Assembly: GCA_031458695.1 (NCBI GenBank)
Contig: JAVKJW010000010.1
Location: forward strand, 10,487-74,486
Reading direction: 5' to 3'
Length of the DNA: 64,000 nt
Origin: Candidatus Thermofontivivens primus
Lineage (GTDB): Bacteria; Sysuimicrobiota; Sysuimicrobiia; Sysuimicrobiales; Thermofontiviventaceae
This document shows, in pieces, positions 59,105-64,000 of the stretch. Under the pieces are notes generated by a model. That model was given only the letters and a program-made list of their open reading frames with translations, did no database searches and was not told the DNA's origin. Position 1 is the stretch's first letter; each line of letters begins with the position of its first letter. The translations under genes were made by a program, and so were the position numbers.

Positions 59105-60007
59105 ATGCCGGAACTCCCTGATCTTATCGTCTACATCGAAGCCCTCCATCGCTTTGTGGTGGGTCAGCGACTGGCGCAGATTCGCTTAGCCAGTGCGTTC
59201 GTCCTGCGGACTGTGGACCCGCCACTCTCTGAGGCTTTCGGAAAGACTCTCCAGGATGTGCACCGGATCGGAAAACGAATCGTCTTCGTCCTGAACGGAG
59301 ACCTCTTCCTGGTAATCCATCTGATGATCGCTGGCCGCCTCCATTGGAAGGAAAGGGAAGCGAAGATCCCGCCAAGGGTTGGCCTCGCAGCCCTTGATTT
59401 CCCTAACGGAACCCTCCTGCTCACTGAAGCCAGCTCGAAGCAACGAGCCTCCATCCACTTGGTTCGTGGCAAGGAGAATCTCAAGGCCTTCGATGCTGGG
59501 GGGATCGAACCACTGGAGGCCAATCTCCAGGCATTCAGGCGTGCGCTCACGCGGGAGAACCACACACTGAAGCGCGCATTGACAGACCCTCGCCTGTTCA
59601 GCGGGATCGGTAATGCGTATTCTGATGAGATCCTCCACCGGGCGCGCCTGTCACCGATAAAACTCACCCAAACCCTAAGCGAGGAGGAGGTCGAGCGTCT
59701 CTTCCAGGCGACGCGCGACGTTCTCAGAGAGTGGATCGATCGCCTGCGAGCAGAGGCCAAAGAGGGCTTCCCGGAACACGTGACAGCCTTCCGTGAAGGG
59801 ATGGCGGTCCATGGGCGCTACGGGAAACCCTGCCCTTCGTGCGGGACGCCCATCCAGCGCATCCTCTACGCAGAGAACGAGGCGAACTATTGCCCAACCT
59901 GCCAGACAAGAGGGAAGCTCCTAGCCGATCGTTCTCTCTCCCGCCTCTTCCGGTCGGACTGGCCGAAGACCCTTGAGGAGCTAGAAAAGCGACGATCTCA
60001 GGATTGA
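59105..60007 (+). CDS. Fpg/Nei-family DNA glycosylase
   Basis: Starts MPELPD. Motifs GKR, HLMIAG, H2TH SGIGNAYSDEIL and Zn finger CPSC...CPTCQ. Confidence 0.92.
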   Translation: MPELPDLIVYIEALHRFVVGQRLAQIRLASAFVLRTVDPPLSEAFGKTLQDVHRIGKRIVFVLNGDLFLVIHLMIAGRLHWKEREAKIPPRVGLAALDFPNGTLLLTEASSKQRASIHLVRGKENLKAFDAGGIEPLEANLQAFRRALTRENHTLKRALTDPRLFSGIGNAYSDEILHRARLSPIKLTQTLSEEEVERLFQATRDVLREWIDRLRAEAKEGFPEHVTAFREGMAVHGRYGKPCPSCGTPIQRILYAENEANYCPTCQTRGKLLADRSLSRLFRSDWPKTLEELEKRRSQD

Positions 60008-60016
60008 CCACAGCAA

Positions 60017-60048
60017 GTACTGGTCTGACAGGGTATTGGTCTGACAGC
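60017..60048 (+). promoter_or_regulatory. Tandem FadR/GntR-type operator boxes
   Basis: 16-bp direct repeat GTACTGGTCTGACAGG / GTATTGGTCTGACAGC, matching the TnGT-N3-AC pattern and abutting the -35 box. Confidence 0.75.
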
Positions 60049-60077
60049 TTGACAAGTTGACCGAACCGCCCTATGAT
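60049..60077 (+). promoter_or_regulatory. Sigma70 promoter for the gntR-ABC operon
   Basis: TTGACA-N17-TATGAT. Confidence 0.8.
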
Positions 60078-60111
60078 AGAACGCAAATACTGCATTGGTG
60101 GGGCGCCTGCG

Positions 60112-60846
60112 ATGGGAGAACGCCTAACAACGATCCCGTTCCAGAAAATCGCCACCAAACGGAAGAGCCTCCAGGTCGCCGAACAGATCCTCGAAGCTAT
60201 CCGAAGTGGCGTCTACCGCCCCGGGGATCGCTTGCCTCCTGAGCGAGTCATCGCTGAGCAAATGGGAGTCAGTCGTCCCTCCATTCGGGAAGCCCTCAGC
60301 GCGCTCCAGCTTGCTGGCATTGTGGAGAGCCGCGCTGGGGACGGGACTTATGTCACACGTGTACCAGGCTCTCACGAGGAGACGACCAACGCACTCTCCC
60401 TGCTAGAGAAGAGCGCGAGCCCCGTGGAGCTGCTGGAGGCGCGTCGCATCCTCGAGACGGCGATCGTTCAGGCAGCGGTCGAGAAACTTACACCGGAAAG
60501 CCTCGCGCAGATCCAGAAGGCACTGGGGAAGATGCGGAGCGCTGCCGACCGCAGGGACTACGACGCCTTCAGCAGGGCCAACATCACCTTCCACCTCGCC
60601 ATCGTGCGCGCATGTCACAATCCCCTCCTGGAACGTGCAGTCACCCCTCTGCTCACAGGCATGCGCCAGCAGCTTGCTCTCGAATTCCGCCGTCGGGCCT
60701 ACGCCCCGAATAGCCCTTTCTTCGAACGCGCTTACAAACTCCACGCGAACCTTCTTGAAGCAATTGCATCAGGAGAGCCTGAGGCTGCCGCACGTGCAAT
60801 GCGTCATCACTTCGAGGCCATCGAAGAATCCATTCGGGGGGAATGA
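60112..60846 (+). CDS. FadR-subfamily GntR transcriptional regulator
   Basis: wHTH PGDRLPPER...GVSRPSIREAL...GDGTYV, and FCD domain EARRILE...FH...NPLL...H...M..H. Confidence 0.93.
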   Translation: MGERLTTIPFQKIATKRKSLQVAEQILEAIRSGVYRPGDRLPPERVIAEQMGVSRPSIREALSALQLAGIVESRAGDGTYVTRVPGSHEETTNALSLLEKSASPVELLEARRILETAIVQAAVEKLTPESLAQIQKALGKMRSAADRRDYDAFSRANITFHLAIVRACHNPLLERAVTPLLTGMRQQLALEFRRRAYAPNSPFFERAYKLHANLLEAIASGEPEAAARAMRHHFEAIEESIRGE

Positions 60847-60893
60847 CCTGCGAAAGAGCACATCTCGGTTAAACAGAAAGGGGGGTTATACAT

Positions 60894-62600
60894 ATGGCAG
60901 AACATCAAGAAAAACTCCAACCGGAGGGCCTCCAGGAAGAGGAAATCCGGTGGGCTCTGGATTTCGACCCGCAAGACCCTAGCCTAGGGTTGAATTGGGA
61001 GGACCTGTCGAGCTGGAGGATCACCCGCAGAACGATGCTCCGTCTGTTCATTGCCACAGGAGCATTCCACTATCTCTCCTATCTGATGAACCCGCCACAG
61101 GTCTTTGCCCAAGGGCGTCCAGGTGGCGAGCTCCGTGCCGCGTGGAACCTGCGGGAGTTCACCAATCTTGACCCTGCCTTCATCAACCAGGTCTTCCAGT
61201 TCCAGGTGGCGAGCAACGTCCTCAGTGGGCTTACACATATTGACAAAGATCTCATCCCCCGCGGCGACCTCGCCGAAAGCTGGGAGGTCTCTCGGAACGG
61301 GCTCCAGTGGACCTTCCACCTCCGCCGTGGGGTACGCTTCCACAACGGGGACCTGTTCACAGCCGACGACGTGATCTATACCTATAACCGCACCCTGGAC
61401 CCGAAGGTTGGCTCCCTGCACCGCGCAGTCCTCGAGGGTGTAGAGAAGGCCGAGAAGCTCGACGACTACACTGTCCGGTTCACCCTGAGCCGTCCACGTG
61501 CTTCCTTCTTGATCAAGGTCACAGAACGCAGCAGCGGACGAGCTTTGACCATCGTGAACAGGCGGGCAATCGAGCAAATGGGCAAGGAGTACACCCGCCG
61601 GCCAGTAGGAACAGGTCCTTTCCGGATCGTCGAGCACCGGCTGGGGGAACGCCTCGTCCTGGAGAAGTTCCCTGATTACTTCATGAAAGGAAGGCCGCGG
61701 CTTGATAGGGTGGTCATCTTCAACATCGAAGAGCCGGCCACCCTTGTCTCCGCCTTAGAGGCCGGACAGGTTCAGTTCATCAACGCGATCCCTGAAGCCC
61801 TATATACTCGGGTAAAGGGAAACCGCGATCTCATCGTGTCGGAGACCTCCGACCCGGGCTTCCAGGCCATCTTCTTTAACCTTCGTACAGACAAGAAAGA
61901 ACGCATCGGGAAGGAGAAACTCCCCACCGACGACAACCGCGTCAGGCTGGCCGTGGCGAAGGCCATGGACCGGGAGGACCTGATCAAGCGTGCCCTGCTA
62001 GGGCGCGGTATCCCTGCCTACGGGCCCGTGCCTCCCGCACAAGGTGCGTACTTCGTGGACCTCTCTAAGACAAGCCCCCAGCGCTTCAACCCTGAGGAGG
62101 CCAAGAAGCTCCTCGCGGAGGCAGGGTTTGGAGGCGGGTTCACCGTCAAGATGGTGGTCACCCCTCCTACACGGAGGCGCGGGGAAGTGATCGCCGACAT
62201 CCTGAAGCGTCACGCCAACATCACCGTCGAGCTGGAGGTCGTGGACTTCCCGGTTCAGGTGCAACGTTTCGACAGCGGGCAGTTCGAGTGGCTGCAGATC
62301 GGGAGCGGCGGAGACTACGACCCAGACGACTCCATCGACGATTGGTTCGCCTCCACCTCCAAGTTCAATACCTTCGGCTACGCCAACCCCCGGGTAGATG
62401 CACTCAACGCCGCCCAGAAGACCACCGTGAATCCCGAACGGCGGGTCAAGTGGGTCCGGGAGATCGTGGAAATCGTCAGCCGGGATGCCCCCTGCGCCTT
62501 CCTCTTCCACGCTATGGACAGCGTGGCCTATCGGAAGGACGTGCGAGGGTTCGTACACATCCCAAGCCTGCGGGATCTGGACACAGTCACGGTGAAATAA
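60894..62600 (+). CDS. Peptide/nickel (family 5) ABC substrate-binding protein, possible Tat substrate
   Basis: Motifs LDP, DLAESWEVS, FHLRRGVRFHNG, VGTGPF and VRLAVAKAMDR. TRRTML twin-arginine-like motif. Confidence 0.92.
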   Translation: MAEHQEKLQPEGLQEEEIRWALDFDPQDPSLGLNWEDLSSWRITRRTMLRLFIATGAFHYLSYLMNPPQVFAQGRPGGELRAAWNLREFTNLDPAFINQVFQFQVASNVLSGLTHIDKDLIPRGDLAESWEVSRNGLQWTFHLRRGVRFHNGDLFTADDVIYTYNRTLDPKVGSLHRAVLEGVEKAEKLDDYTVRFTLSRPRASFLIKVTERSSGRALTIVNRRAIEQMGKEYTRRPVGTGPFRIVEHRLGERLVLEKFPDYFMKGRPRLDRVVIFNIEEPATLVSALEAGQVQFINAIPEALYTRVKGNRDLIVSETSDPGFQAIFFNLRTDKKERIGKEKLPTDDNRVRLAVAKAMDREDLIKRALLGRGIPAYGPVPPAQGAYFVDLSKTSPQRFNPEEAKKLLAEAGFGGGFTVKMVVTPPTRRRGEVIADILKRHANITVELEVVDFPVQVQRFDSGQFEWLQIGSGGDYDPDDSIDDWFASTSKFNTFGYANPRVDALNAAQKTTVNPERRVKWVREIVEIVSRDAPCAFLFHAMDSVAYRKDVRGFVHIPSLRDLDTVTVK

Positions 62601-62651
62601 CAGGGGTCAGTCACTAGTGATGAGTCACTGCTCACTGCATTTGGGGGAGCT

Positions 62652-63599
62652 ATGAAGCGCTATATCCTGGAAAGGGTGGCCTATTCGCTCCTCGTGATGT
62701 GGGCGGTGGCTACCCTTGTCTTCTTCATGATGCGGGCGATTCCCGGGGACCCTGTGAGGGCCATGGTCGGGTTCGAGGCTGACCCTCAGACCGTCGCCCA
62801 AATCCGACATAACCTTGGGCTTGACCAGCCCTTTCTCGTTCAATACGTGCGCTGGCTCCTCAGCCTCATTCGGCTGGACCTTGGAAACTCCATCTGGAAC
62901 CAGCAGAAAGTCACCACCCTTCTCCTGGAGGCCCTCCCTCGGACGCTCTCCTTGGCAACCATTGCCTTCTCCGTCGCAGTGATCCTCGGCATCCCCGCAG
63001 GGATCGTATCCGCTGTCCGTCGCTACTCCCTCTCCGACCACATCTTCACGGTGGCTGCATTCCTGGGACTGAGCATGCCTGACTTCTGGCTTGGGATCCT
63101 TCTGATCATCCTCTTCGCCACAAAGCTCCAGTGGCTCCCGGCATTCGGCTACGAACCCATCAGCGCAGGGATCTGGCCCTGGCTCTCCCACCTGATCCTT
63201 CCGGCTTTGACTGCAGGAACAGCATTCTCGGCAATCCTTGCGCGCATGACCCGTTCCGCGCTCCTCGAGGTCCTGCGAGAGGACTACGTCCGTACAGCCC
63301 GTGCCAAGGGCTTAAAAGAGCAGATCGTCATCCTCAAGCATGCCCTCCGAAACGCGCTCATTCCGGTGATTACCGTCATGGGGATCGCCTTTGCCCTCCT
63401 CCTTGCCGGATCTGTCATCGCGGAGAATGTATTTGCCATCAAGGGCGTGGGGAGGCTTCTCATCGAATCCATCCTGAACCGGGACTTCCCCGTTGTCCAA
63501 GGAGCAATCTTGGTCATCGCGACGATCTTCGTGTTCATGAACCTGTTCGTGGATATCCTCTACGCTCTCATCAACCCGAAGATCCGCTACGTGGAGTGA
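62652..63599 (+). CDS. Peptide/nickel ABC permease (DppB-like)
   Basis: Motifs IPGDP, GLDQP, DYVRTARAKGL, KHALRNAL and RDFPVVQG. Confidence 0.93.
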   Translation: MKRYILERVAYSLLVMWAVATLVFFMMRAIPGDPVRAMVGFEADPQTVAQIRHNLGLDQPFLVQYVRWLLSLIRLDLGNSIWNQQKVTTLLLEALPRTLSLATIAFSVAVILGIPAGIVSAVRRYSLSDHIFTVAAFLGLSMPDFWLGILLIILFATKLQWLPAFGYEPISAGIWPWLSHLILPALTAGTAFSAILARMTRSALLEVLREDYVRTARAKGLKEQIVILKHALRNALIPVITVMGIAFALLLAGSVIAENVFAIKGVGRLLIESILNRDFPVVQGAILVIATIFVFMNLFVDILYALINPKIRYVE

Positions 63600-63603
63600 T
63601 CCC

Positions 63604-64000
63604 ATGGGCACGCCGCGCGCGTTCGAGTTCGAAGAGAGCCTGGAAGGACTCGCTGGGCCACGGCCATGGGCGCCTAGTCGTCGCACCTGGAGTGCAGTTG
63701 CCCGTAGGCTCCTCCGGGATAGGAGAGCTCTCCTCGGCCTAGCCATCCTTGGAATTGTTGCGACTGGTGCGATTTTCGCCCCGTGGGTTGCTCCCTACGA
63801 CCCGGCAGCCCAAGGGCAAGAGATGCTCCTTCCGCCTTCCCTAAAGCACCCCCTCGGCACCGACGACCTAGGGCGTGACCTGCTCAGTCGGATCATCTTT
63901 GGATCGCGGGTCTCCTTGTTCGTTGGGATCACTACTGTTCTCCTCGCAGCCACCTTTGGTGTCTCGCTAGGTCTCATTGCTGGTTTCTACGGCAGATGGG
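63604..64000 (+). CDS. Peptide/nickel ABC permease (DppC-like; 3'-truncated by the window)
   Basis: Translated manually from ATG 63604: ...APWVAPYDP...HPLGTDDLGRDLLSRIIFGSRVSL... Confidence 0.92.
   Translation, partial: MGTPRAFEFEESLEGLAGPRPWAPSRRTWSAVARRLLRDRRALLGLAILGIVATGAIFAPWVAPYDPAAQGQEMLLPPSLKHPLGTDDLGRDLLSRIIFGSRVSLFVGITTVLLAATFGVSLGLIAGFYGRW

Overview
A gene-dense, GC-rich stretch of a bacterial core chromosome. I saw no CRISPR array, transposase, integrase or rRNA. The combination of short HisG with HisZ, MurT/GatD, a T-box riboswitch, a Bacillus-type large SRP RNA, YkuK and YprB points to a Terrabacteria-group organism, possibly a thermophile or an Armatimonadota-like lineage (inference). 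In order, the window holds: a his operon (hisZ partial, G, D, C, B, H, A, F, IE) followed by an orphan BtuC/FecCD permease, HAD hydrolase, metallophosphoesterase, S9 peptidase, PduO, F420-type LLM oxidoreductase, PflX radical SAM enzyme and PaaI thioesterase; tRNA-Glu(CTC); PfpI; an FAD oxidase, EamA and MFS; murT-gatD; icd-mdh-sucCD; pspC and yvlD; a TPR protein plus orphan PAS histidine kinase facing an unannotated 59-aa membrane protein and an alternative sigma-70 factor; an SDR, acyl-CoA ligase and Liv-type ABC cluster; a 2-oxoacid:ferredoxin oxidoreductase; large SRP RNA; two unusual membrane genes between ffs and dnaX-ybaB-recR; ykuK; glpD with an ADPS-like oxidase; a Ser T-box-controlled aminotransferase-serA-serS operon; yprB/mrfB-like and fpg/nei; and a FadR/GntR regulator with a tandem operator ahead of a peptide-type ABC transporter. 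The most notable items are: the two-gene cassette (Ig-like/5TM/HhH-repeat protein plus Zn-ribbon CAAX protease), a HisD with a charge-swapped Zn site, the TPR-kinase-microprotein-sigma locus, and a family of intergenic GCAA...TTTTGC hairpins. Protein calls rest on motif recognition by eye, not on database searches.
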